Shown one piece after another: positions 1 through 9,072 of a stretch of DNA of 64,000 bases (within the stretch, counting starts at the first letter, position 1; the number at the start of each line of letters is the position of its first letter). The stretch lies in the IMG/VR virus record IMGVR_UViG_3300027741_000020; one strand, written 5' to 3'. The notes beneath the pieces are model-generated. The model ran no database searches, had not been told where the DNA came from, and was given only the letters and a program-made list of their open reading frames with translations. The DNA is from a virus. Position numbers and translations under genes: made by a program.

Positions 1-2
1 TT

Positions 3-1274
3 TCTCCAAATGAATTTACATTTAGAATAGTTCCAAATCAAAAAATTGCAAATGAAACATTTGATTTTAAATTTGAATTTTATGATATAAATTATGCACT
101 TGCGCCAATTACTGTTGAAACGGCTTATACATTTGTTGGTGGTAATAATTTATCAAAACGTTTTTTATTACAATACGCATCACTTGTTAATCCAAAAAAT
201 AAATTTATAGTTTCAAATAAAACGGGAGGAATATCTGGCTTGGATATAGCCCCAAATCAACCTACATTGGATATAAGTTGGGTTTTGAGCCAAACGAATG
301 GAGATGTACTATTCGTATCAAGTGCATATGATGAATATGATAATTACATATTACCAAGCGATGTATCTAGCCCATATCCTTATCCAGGTGGGTTAGATTA
401 TATTGCTACCACTCAAAGAAGTTTAACTTTTCAAAACTTTACAAGTTCATTAACAAATTCATCTCGAAGAGTTAAAAATATTTATTATACAGCAAGTGTA
501 GATGGTCTTACTCAATATTTTTCAATGTCGGCTGATTATACTGCTGCACCATTATATGTATTGCCTGTGGTTACAACGAATGCAGTATATTCTATTAATC
601 AAACATCCGTATCTGGTAGTGGTAGTGTAACAGTTGAACCCGTAACAGGCCACATATCTCCAGTGGAAGTTGGATTAGTTTTAAATGATACAACTGCGCC
701 TACTATCTTTGCAAATATAGCAAAAACATCCGAAAGTAGCTATACGTTGAACGTTCCGTTTAGTGGAAGTTTAACTGGATTAACTCCTGGAACAACTTAT
801 TATGTTAAAGCATATGCATCTGGTTCAATTGGTGCGGCATATGGTAATGAACTAACATTTACTACATTGCCTGGCACATCAAGTTTCCAAGTATATATTT
901 CCTCAAGTATGGCAGGATATTCTCCAACTATTCAAAATATTTTTATAAATAGTGGTAGTTTATTATTTAAAAATTCAGCAGGATTAAACGTTACATATCC
1001 ATTAACTGGCAGTGCGACATCATCATTAACATATAGTAGTAGTTATTATGATATAGCAATAACGGCATCTCAAAGTTTTCCATTAAGTAAAGGGCATCGC
1101 GCATATCTATCATTAGATCGTGTAAATAATAATGGAGGTATTGCTGAAAATATAGCTAATGTTAATATTGCGGCTGGGACATCATCGTTTGTATTTACAA
1201 ACGATGATGGCGAACCACTTAATATTCCTTGGCAATCTGAAACATATATTAGATTATCAATGTACCATACTTAA
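3..1274 (+). CDS. 5'-truncated Ser/Thr-rich virion (baseplate/tail-associated) protein with an FN3-like domain
   Basis: The frame of ORF 240..1274 stays open back to position 3 (SPNEFTFRIVPNQKIANETFDFKFEFYDIN...). FN3-like motif LTGLTPGTTYYVKAYA...YGNELTFTT. Confidence 0.6.
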   Translation, partial: SPNEFTFRIVPNQKIANETFDFKFEFYDINYALAPITVETAYTFVGGNNLSKRFLLQYASLVNPKNKFIVSNKTGGISGLDIAPNQPTLDISWVLSQTNGDVLFVSSAYDEYDNYILPSDVSSPYPYPGGLDYIATTQRSLTFQNFTSSLTNSSRRVKNIYYTASVDGLTQYFSMSADYTAAPLYVLPVVTTNAVYSINQTSVSGSGSVTVEPVTGHISPVEVGLVLNDTTAPTIFANIAKTSESSYTLNVPFSGSLTGLTPGTTYYVKAYASGSIGAAYGNELTFTTLPGTSSFQVYISSSMAGYSPTIQNIFINSGSLLFKNSAGLNVTYPLTGSATSSLTYSSSYYDIAITASQSFPLSKGHRAYLSLDRVNNNGGIAENIANVNIAAGTSSFVFTNDDGEPLNIPWQSETYIRLSMYHT

Positions 1275-1285
1275 ATAATTTTAAA

Positions 1286-2233
1286 ATGAAAAAATTACGT
1301 TACATTTGTGTACAACCACGCATTAAGTATTATAGTTGGCAAGTTGAAGTTATGATAAATAACTTTATAAAAAATGGAATAAGTGGTAATGATATGGATA
1401 TATTAATTGCCTACAATCCAAATGATTTAACGAGTTCGGAAGAAAATATAGAAAATTGGTATAAATTAGCAGATAGATACAACTATGTTCGTTTTTTCTT
1501 TTATGAAGATAGTAGAACGGATTTTAGTTATATTCCATCTGTTTATTTTAATATCTTAAAACAACATATAAAATCACACCCGTATCTGCAAGATGAAGTA
1601 TTATTTCTACATGATTGCGATATTGTGTTTACTAAATATGTAGATTTTTCGGATATGCTGAATGATGATATTTGGTATCTATCCGATACGGTTGGCTATA
1701 TAGGTACACAATACATTTTTACAAAAGGTCAAGATGTATATAATGGGATGTGTAATATAATCGGAATAGACCCATTGATACCAAAATTAATGAATAGTAA
1801 TTCCGGCGGAGCTCAACATATAGTAAAAAATACAACTTATGAGTATTGGGATAAAGTTGAAAATGATTCTATAAAATTATACAAATATTTTAATGATATA
1901 GAACCACAATGGGAAGGCGAAGGTGAGCCAATACAAAAATGGACAGCTGGTATGTGGTCGCTACTTTGGAATGCTTGGTTATTTGGAAACGAAACGCGAG
2001 TAGATAAAAGATTGGATTTTTGTTGGGCTACCGACCCGATTAAAGATTGGTATAATGTATCAATATTTCATAACGCAGGTGTAGTAGATAATCTCACAGC
2101 ACAATTCTATAAGGGAGCATTTCAAGAAGAATACCCATATGGAATAGACCCAACTAATTATAGCAAATCATACTGCTCATATAATTATGTAAATGAAATA
2201 ATACAAACTTCTAAAATATCTTGTCTTATATAA
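1286..2233 (+). CDS. GT-A fold glycosyltransferase, resembling peptidyl-serine galactosyltransferase/HPAT-type protein O-glycosyltransferases
   Basis: DxD motif (LHDCDIVF), N-terminal YYSWQ..M..F.K.G and C-terminal WTAGMW; resemblance to the GT96/GT95 families is from memory. Confidence 0.55.
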   Translation: MKKLRYICVQPRIKYYSWQVEVMINNFIKNGISGNDMDILIAYNPNDLTSSEENIENWYKLADRYNYVRFFFYEDSRTDFSYIPSVYFNILKQHIKSHPYLQDEVLFLHDCDIVFTKYVDFSDMLNDDIWYLSDTVGYIGTQYIFTKGQDVYNGMCNIIGIDPLIPKLMNSNSGGAQHIVKNTTYEYWDKVENDSIKLYKYFNDIEPQWEGEGEPIQKWTAGMWSLLWNAWLFGNETRVDKRLDFCWATDPIKDWYNVSIFHNAGVVDNLTAQFYKGAFQEEYPYGIDPTNYSKSYCSYNYVNEIIQTSKISCLI

Positions 2234-2265
2234 TTTGGAAAGTTCAGAAATTTTCCGTATGTTTA
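2234..2265 (+). promoter_or_regulatory. Bacteroidota-type primary-sigma promoter (-33/-7)
   Basis: TTTG (2234-2237), 20 nt, then TATGTTTA (2258-2265). Confidence 0.5.
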
Positions 2266-2406
2266 CATTTTTACTCTTGAAACTGATCAGCACTTATAGC
2301 ACTATAAAACTTAAATAATAAAAAAAGAATAATAAAAGTAATAACTGACAGCACTTCCAGACTTTTTGTCTTTAAAAGAATATTTATTTACTGAATATTT
2401 ATCTAT

Positions 2407-5400
2407 ATGAATATAATAAGCGAAATCACTAAACCACTTGTTACGAAGACTGTCGTTATATACGCAGGTCGTTTTCAACCATTTCACAAAGGGCATTACG
2501 ATGCTTATAAAAGACTTGTAAGTAAATTTGGACAAGATAGTGTATACATTGGCACTTCAAATGATACAAATGATTCTAAATCACCATTTAATTTTAATGA
2601 AAAAAAGAAAATTGCTACAACTATGTTTGGCATCCCTTCTAATCATTTTGTACAAATAAGAAATCCATATAAACCAGTTGAAATATTGCAGCATTTCGAT
2701 GGACAGACTACTCAATATATTGCTGCTGTTGGAGCAAAGGATGCGACACGTCTTCAAGGAAAATATTTCAAACCATATAACGGTAAGGCCGGTTATGGGT
2801 ATAATGAGATAGGATATGTTTGGCCAGTACCAGCAGAATCAAATCCAATATCAGGAACAGATGTTCGTAATGGTCTTGGTGGCGATGAAGAAAGTGCTAA
2901 GAAGTTTTTCCTTAAAGCTTATCCAAAATTTAATAAACAAATATTTACAATGATTACTGATAAAATAAAATCATTGCATGAGGCAGCACCAATGGTTGGC
3001 GCTGGTGAGGCTGGAAGTTTTGGACTAAATCCAACTAGATATGATGATGATGATGTTACGGAAGATGGTTTTCCAGGTGGAGTGGGTGTAGGGCTTACAT
3101 TACCCGGTGGATACATAAATGGTGCACCCAATCCAAAAGATGTAAAAAAATTAAGTAAAAAAATACATACTACGGATAGTAATAAAAAATATGTATATGA
3201 CCCAATTAGTGAAATAATAGCTAACGCAGTCACAGAGGAAGCATTTAACGAATTTATAAGTAACTACTTAAATGAAGCTGAACCAAATAAAGCATTAGAC
3301 CAGGATATTACATATAAAAATACAAAAGGTCAATCTAAAAAAATTAAAGCTAGAGATGCATTACGTTTACCAAAAGACCACCCTGCGCATATACAAGCTG
3401 CAAAAATAGCAGCTACTGCCGCACCAGCTGCTAAGACTGCCGGTAAACCGGATGTAAGTATACCTGGAAAGGTAGCAGGTTCTGTTGTTAAAAAGAGCGA
3501 TGGTAAGCCTGATATAACAATTCCTGGTAAAGATGGTAAGCCAAAACAACAAGGTCCGCCGCCTCCACCACCAATGCCGCCAAAAAAATTAAGTGGAGCT
3601 GAATTAAAATCCAATGCTGAAATGGCACCTGGAGAAAAGGAAGCTTCTAAAAAGAATGACGAAATAAAAGCATCACTCGATCATGAAATGTCAAAACTAT
3701 CAACTGATGATAAAAAATCGGTTGAAAGCGTAAATAACCCAGATTCTCCGGAAAGAAAGGATATGGCTGAAAAATCTAAAAGTTTTTTATCAAAAGTTGG
3801 TAATAAATTATGGAGTGGCGCCAAACATTGGGCTAATGAGAAAAAAGAAATGTGTCAAGGAGTTGGTGCTGCAATAAAAACATTAGCTACAGGCGGTAAA
3901 CTTGGTAGTGTAAAGGATGCAAATGGTAAATATGTACACCATACGGATTTTAAAAATAAAACTGTACAAATCGACCCAAAGACAGCAAAGGAAAAAACAG
4001 TATGGGTAGATAAATCGGATTTAACGCCTGAAGAAAAGAAATTAAAACATAAATCCGAGCATGAGGAACATCACCAAAAGCATTCATTAAAACATGCTGC
4101 AAAAGATATTGCATTACTTGCCGCATCATTGGTTGCAGGAGCAGCTATTGGTGGAGCCGTTGGTGGTGGTATTGCTGCAGCAAAAGCTGGGGCTGCACAC
4201 GGATTAGGACATGCGATTGGGCATGGCGCTGCGCATGGTGTAAGTGCAATTGCACACCACGGAGCAACAGGTATAGCCTCCCATGTTGGAAAGGATTTGA
4301 TAAAACACTCTGCGTTTGAAGCTATGGGACTTAAAGGACACCACGCCGCTGGAGCAACTGCCGCAGTTGGTGCAATTGGTCATTTAATGGAAGGCGATGA
4401 TAATAATGAGAATGATAATGATAAGAATGCAAAATTAGTGGATACATTACTAAAAAGGACTATGGAAGTAATGGCAACTTATAAAATGTCGGATGAGGAA
4501 TTATTAAAATCTATTAAGAATTATAATAAAAATTCAGAAAAGAATACAGCAAAAGATATACTAAAAACAATTAATGAATCTGTAACATTAGAAAAAGCAA
4601 AGAATATACAAGATTTTGTTGATTACGCTTGTGAAAGACTTAAACTTAAAGATAAACCAAAAGTAAAATTATTATTAGATGGTGAATATTCCAATGCCGT
4701 ATCTTCATTAGGTGGATATAGCCCGGTAACAAAAGATATATACGTTGTTGTGCCTGGTAGAATGACTGCCGATATATGTAGAACTATTGCACATGAATTG
4801 GTACATAGAAAGCAAGATGAAATGGGGATGCTACGAACTGAAAATGATGGCGATACTGGTTCACCAATAGAAAATCAAGCAAACGCTGTAGCAGGAATAC
4901 TATTAAGGGATTATGGTAAAAAGAATAAAGCAATTTATATGGAAAGCGTAAAATATATAAACGAAGTTAGCAACAATACTGGAGATGATGGTCAACCGGA
5001 TGGTGGATATCTGCCAGCTGGGCACAGACGTACGCTTGGAGCAAATGATGGTGTGAATAAAGGTGATGATTGGTTTACCGGCGGAGGTTACCTACAACTG
5101 GATTATCCAATAGCAGATGCAATATATGGTGCCGATGAAGAAAATATGTATACTGTAAAATATGTTGCTAGAAAATTAAGAAGGTCGATTGGTATAGATA
5201 CTAAATTTGAAAAGAGTGAAGAAAAGGCAATAGATGTAACTCAAGACAAAAAAAATGGAAAATTAACAGATGAAACTAATAGTAAACGTAATCTTACCGA
5301 AGTAAGTAAACGTGATATACATTTCAAAAATATATTCCAACATTATAGAGATGGCGATGCTAAAATGAAACAAAAAATAGCAGCAATAATTACCGGAAAT

Positions 5401-7455
5401 GCTTATGCAAAAATAAAAGAGATTCTAAAAGATATAATGGAAATGGGGCACAATGAGGTTGAAGAAATTGAAGACCAAATTGGAATATCATTATCTGAAA
5501 CTATTAAAAAAGTCGGTAGTAAATATATTGTATATCCAAAAAAAGGTGGTAAAAGATTAGGAACGCATAGCACATACAAATCGGCTAAAAAACAATTGGC
5601 AGCAATTGAAATTAATAAAGAAAGCTCAGAAGCTGATGGATATTATGGATCGGGAGCAAGCCGATGGGATGATGATACTCACTATAAAAATGAAAATATT
5701 ACTATCAATAATAAGCGTGCAAATACATTCCGCACAATTGAAGAAGCATTTGATAGTTTTTATGATAAAATGATTGAAGAAAATACATATGAAATACCAA
5801 CTATTAATGGTAAGCAAGCAATTACATTTAGAAAATTAGATGAAGCAAATGATATATTGGGCGCCATATCGCAAGATGGCGGCTCTACTACCGTAAAAAT
5901 GCCGTATTCAAAAAAATGGGAAGAATTTGATGATACGGCAGATAAATTATCAGATATTATTGGTTGGAAAAGATTACATCACCCAAGCGATTCATATGAA
6001 TATTATCGTAAAAATTTAGTAATCCCAACCTTTAATAGAAGTGAAGAAAATGGTAAAGGTAAACGTTGGATGCATCCAACTAAATCAAAAGAATATGCTG
6101 AGCATAAAAAAAGAACTTGGGAGGTTTGGCCATTTAATAATAGAGAAGAACCATACAATGAAGATCATGGTCAAGTTTATAAAATAAGAAGAAATGCATA
6201 TGTTGAACCAACGATTATAAAATCAATAAAAGAAAATATAAATGAATCAAAACTTTTATTAGAAGGTGGAGCATATGGACACATGTCACATCCATTTGAT
6301 GATATGGATTTAACGTTTGGTGACCTTAAAAATATTATTAGTAAAGCATTAGATGGTGATTTAGGAGTAGTAAGAGAAAAAACCGATGGACAGGCTTTGG
6401 CAATAAGTTGGAAAAACGGAAGATTGATTGCTGCAAGAAATAAAGGACATTTGCAAAACGCAGGAGCAAACGCAATGGGTATTGAAGAAGTTGCGGCTAA
6501 GTTTGCAGGACGTGGTGGACTAACAGATGCATACAACTTTGCAATGCGTGATTTATCTGCGGCAATTGCAGGATTGACAAAAGCTCAACGTGATAAAATA
6601 TTCAATGAAGGCAAATGTTTTATGAATATTGAAGTAATATGGCCTACATCTGTAAATGTAATACCATATGGACAAGCATTATTAGTATTTCATAATACTA
6701 CTTGCTATGATGTATCAGGTACAGCAATTAGTGGAGAGCAAACAACAGCAAGAATGTTGGCCGGAATGATTAAACAAATTAATGCAGATGTACAAAGTAA
6801 ATACACAATACAAGGGCCACCAATTACCGAAATACCAAAGAATCAAAATTTAAGTTCTCTTAAACCAAAATATTTTTCAAAACTTTCTAAATTACAAAAT
6901 GAATTTGGATTAACCGATAATGATACTATTTCATTATATCATCAAAGTTGGTGGGAAAATTTTATAAATAAAAAAGCTCCAGTTAAGGTTGATAAAATGA
7001 CAAAAGAAGCACTAGTTAGACGTTGGGCATTTGGTGATAAAACATTTAAGATTAATACAATATCAAACGCAGAATTGCAAAAATGGGCATTAAATACTGA
7101 TAAAGTTAATGTAGCAAAACAACAAAAAGATAATATCCGTCCATTTGAAGAAATATTTTTAGGAGTTGGAGCTGATATACTTTCATTTGTTGGGTCTGTA
7201 TTAACTGTACATCCTGATAAGGCAATTCGTAATATGAAAGATAGATTAAAGGCAACCGCAGAACAAGTTAGAACCGCCGGAAGTCCTGCTCAAATACAAA
7301 AATTAAAAACCGAATTACAAAGATTAAATAATTTAGGCGGTATTGATAAGATAGTTGCATCCGAAGGATTGGTATTCTTTTATAATGGAAAAACTTATAA
7401 GCTTACTGGAACGTTTGCCCCGCTTAACCAAATTTTGGGAATTTTTTACGAATAA
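2407..7455 (+). CDS. 1682-aa multidomain protein: HIGH-family nucleotidyltransferase, His/Gly/Ala-rich hydrophobic segment, HExxH zincin, C-terminal KxDG ligase-like domain; putative head-packaged polyprotein
   Basis: YAGRFQPFHKGH; IAHELVHRKQDE...ENQANA; EGGAYGHMSHPFDD...EKTDG; domains are separated by (I/L/M)xE sites. Confidence 0.7.
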   Translation: MNIISEITKPLVTKTVVIYAGRFQPFHKGHYDAYKRLVSKFGQDSVYIGTSNDTNDSKSPFNFNEKKKIATTMFGIPSNHFVQIRNPYKPVEILQHFDGQTTQYIAAVGAKDATRLQGKYFKPYNGKAGYGYNEIGYVWPVPAESNPISGTDVRNGLGGDEESAKKFFLKAYPKFNKQIFTMITDKIKSLHEAAPMVGAGEAGSFGLNPTRYDDDDVTEDGFPGGVGVGLTLPGGYINGAPNPKDVKKLSKKIHTTDSNKKYVYDPISEIIANAVTEEAFNEFISNYLNEAEPNKALDQDITYKNTKGQSKKIKARDALRLPKDHPAHIQAAKIAATAAPAAKTAGKPDVSIPGKVAGSVVKKSDGKPDITIPGKDGKPKQQGPPPPPPMPPKKLSGAELKSNAEMAPGEKEASKKNDEIKASLDHEMSKLSTDDKKSVESVNNPDSPERKDMAEKSKSFLSKVGNKLWSGAKHWANEKKEMCQGVGAAIKTLATGGKLGSVKDANGKYVHHTDFKNKTVQIDPKTAKEKTVWVDKSDLTPEEKKLKHKSEHEEHHQKHSLKHAAKDIALLAASLVAGAAIGGAVGGGIAAAKAGAAHGLGHAIGHGAAHGVSAIAHHGATGIASHVGKDLIKHSAFEAMGLKGHHAAGATAAVGAIGHLMEGDDNNENDNDKNAKLVDTLLKRTMEVMATYKMSDEELLKSIKNYNKNSEKNTAKDILKTINESVTLEKAKNIQDFVDYACERLKLKDKPKVKLLLDGEYSNAVSSLGGYSPVTKDIYVVVPGRMTADICRTIAHELVHRKQDEMGMLRTENDGDTGSPIENQANAVAGILLRDYGKKNKAIYMESVKYINEVSNNTGDDGQPDGGYLPAGHRRTLGANDGVNKGDDWFTGGGYLQLDYPIADAIYGADEENMYTVKYVARKLRRSIGIDTKFEKSEEKAIDVTQDKKNGKLTDETNSKRNLTEVSKRDIHFKNIFQHYRDGDAKMKQKIAAIITGNAYAKIKEILKDIMEMGHNEVEEIEDQIGISLSETIKKVGSKYIVYPKKGGKRLGTHSTYKSAKKQLAAIEINKESSEADGYYGSGASRWDDDTHYKNENITINNKRANTFRTIEEAFDSFYDKMIEENTYEIPTINGKQAITFRKLDEANDILGAISQDGGSTTVKMPYSKKWEEFDDTADKLSDIIGWKRLHHPSDSYEYYRKNLVIPTFNRSEENGKGKRWMHPTKSKEYAEHKKRTWEVWPFNNREEPYNEDHGQVYKIRRNAYVEPTIIKSIKENINESKLLLEGGAYGHMSHPFDDMDLTFGDLKNIISKALDGDLGVVREKTDGQALAISWKNGRLIAARNKGHLQNAGANAMGIEEVAAKFAGRGGLTDAYNFAMRDLSAAIAGLTKAQRDKIFNEGKCFMNIEVIWPTSVNVIPYGQALLVFHNTTCYDVSGTAISGEQTTARMLAGMIKQINADVQSKYTIQGPPITEIPKNQNLSSLKPKYFSKLSKLQNEFGLTDNDTISLYHQSWWENFINKKAPVKVDKMTKEALVRRWAFGDKTFKINTISNAELQKWALNTDKVNVAKQQKDNIRPFEEIFLGVGADILSFVGSVLTVHPDKAIRNMKDRLKATAEQVRTAGSPAQIQKLKTELQRLNNLGGIDKIVASEGLVFFYNGKTYKLTGTFAPLNQILGIFYE

Positions 7456-7493
7456 TTTGATATATATTTAAAACAGTTATAAAAACATATAGT

Positions 7494-8159
7494 ATGGCAA
7501 AAAGAACTAGCTTTGACCAAAAAGCAAAAGGAGTACACAAATCTCGTCAAAAAATAATTGATACGGTATTTGGTAGGGAAAATAATACACAACACACTTT
7601 TGGATATGAAGGTGAAATTGAGCCTGATAAAAAAGTTGGTGATATTTGGACTGATAAAGATGGTAAAACTTGGGAGCAAAAGGATGGATACAAAATATCA
7701 GTAACTAAGTTTGATGAAATACGTGAATATCTTAAGAAAATAACAACTTGTTCAAATCAAGATTGTAAAACCGATACATACATGCATACCGATAAAAAGC
7801 TAATAGCTAAAACAGGAATGTGTGTAGATTGTTTACAAAAATATGAAGAAGGATTAAAACTCGATGGAACATGGCCTTACTATGAGGATTATAAAATATC
7901 AAAAAATAAATTAAGTACGGTAAGAGAGTATAAAGAACAATACGAACAGGCACTAAAAGATTTATCAACTAAATTACAAATGGTAAATGAAGATGGTACT
8001 ATAAGTGAATGGAAATGGGATATTGATATTAATCAGGTTAGAAATGATATTGAAAACGATATAAATGGCGCAATTAATGCAATCGCACTTTTATTAGAAA
8101 GAATTGCATTGCTTGAAGAAAAGTTTATAGAATTAGGACATTCGGAATTAATAAAATAA
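7494..8159 (+). CDS. hypothetical protein with a putative Zn-binding Cys cluster
   Basis: 221-aa ORF with CSNQDC...CVDC; follows an AT-rich late-type motif. Confidence 0.55.
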   Translation: MAKRTSFDQKAKGVHKSRQKIIDTVFGRENNTQHTFGYEGEIEPDKKVGDIWTDKDGKTWEQKDGYKISVTKFDEIREYLKKITTCSNQDCKTDTYMHTDKKLIAKTGMCVDCLQKYEEGLKLDGTWPYYEDYKISKNKLSTVREYKEQYEQALKDLSTKLQMVNEDGTISEWKWDIDINQVRNDIENDINGAINAIALLLERIALLEEKFIELGHSELIK

Positions 8160-8163
8160 AAAT

Positions 8164-8571
8164 ATGAAAAATACAATCACAATCGTTCTTACCATTATAT
8201 GTTTGGTATTTGCGTACTTTACTTTCTTTGGTAATGACAATACGGAGTATAAAAAGAAATTATCAGAATTAGATGCAGCTAATAAAATATTAGAATTACA
8301 ACGTGATAGCTTGAATAATGATATTACACAATTAAAAACCGAATATACAAAACTTAACGTTAAAGATAGTATATTGAGTGTTACGATTCAAAATCAAGAC
8401 AATGAGATTGCAAAAGATATTGCAATAGCAAAAAAATCACAAGCTGCATTAAATAATATAAAACATACGCTTGAGCAAACTCGTCATCAAATTGATTCTG
8501 TTAAAGCACACCCGGCAAATCGCACAGGCAATGATTTATTAAACTCACTTAAAATAAAAACATCTAACTAA
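8164..8571 (+). CDS. membrane-anchored coiled-coil protein (i-spanin-like)
   Basis: N-terminal TM helix (ITIVLTIICLVFAYFTFF) followed by a long heptad coiled coil. Confidence 0.45.
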   Translation: MKNTITIVLTIICLVFAYFTFFGNDNTEYKKKLSELDAANKILELQRDSLNNDITQLKTEYTKLNVKDSILSVTIQNQDNEIAKDIAIAKKSQAALNNIKHTLEQTRHQIDSVKAHPANRTGNDLLNSLKIKTSN

Positions 8572-9065
8572 TGAAAAAAGTAATTTCAATAATAATTTCT
8601 GTATTAATATTTTGTACAGCCAAATCGCAAATCTCATATCCTAAATTTGATGTAGATTCTTTGGGTCAAAAAGTTGTTATATTAACTATTGAGCAAGCGC
8701 AAGCACTTGATAACAACTCCGATTTACTTATTCTTTTTGAAAAACTTAATGGGCAAATCGGCACATACGATAGTGTTTGCTTAAAGGTTGTTAATCAGAA
8801 AGACTCTATCATTAGCTCACAAACTATACAAATAAATAATTTAAAAAATCAATTAAAAATTAAAGATGAGAAGATTACAAATCTTCAATCAACTATTTCA
8901 AAACAAGATACTTTAGTAGTAAATCTCAATCAAACAATTGCAAATAAAAATACTGAAATTGCGTTACATAAAGAACAAATACAAAATGTAAAAAAGAATG
9001 CTCTTAAAAAGGGGGCTATAGTAGGTGTGATTGTGGGGATATTAATAAAGTGTCTTATTAAGTAA
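8571..9065 (+). CDS. exported coiled-coil protein with C-terminal hydrophobic anchor (spanin-like)
   Basis: Signal peptide MKKVISIIISVLIFCTAKS-Q, coiled coil, C-terminal GAIVGVIVGILI; start overlaps the upstream stop. Confidence 0.4.
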   Translation: MKKVISIIISVLIFCTAKSQISYPKFDVDSLGQKVVILTIEQAQALDNNSDLLILFEKLNGQIGTYDSVCLKVVNQKDSIISSQTIQINNLKNQLKIKDEKITNLQSTISKQDTLVVNLNQTIANKNTEIALHKEQIQNVKKNALKKGAIVGVIVGILIKCLIK

Positions 9066-9072
9066 GATAAAA

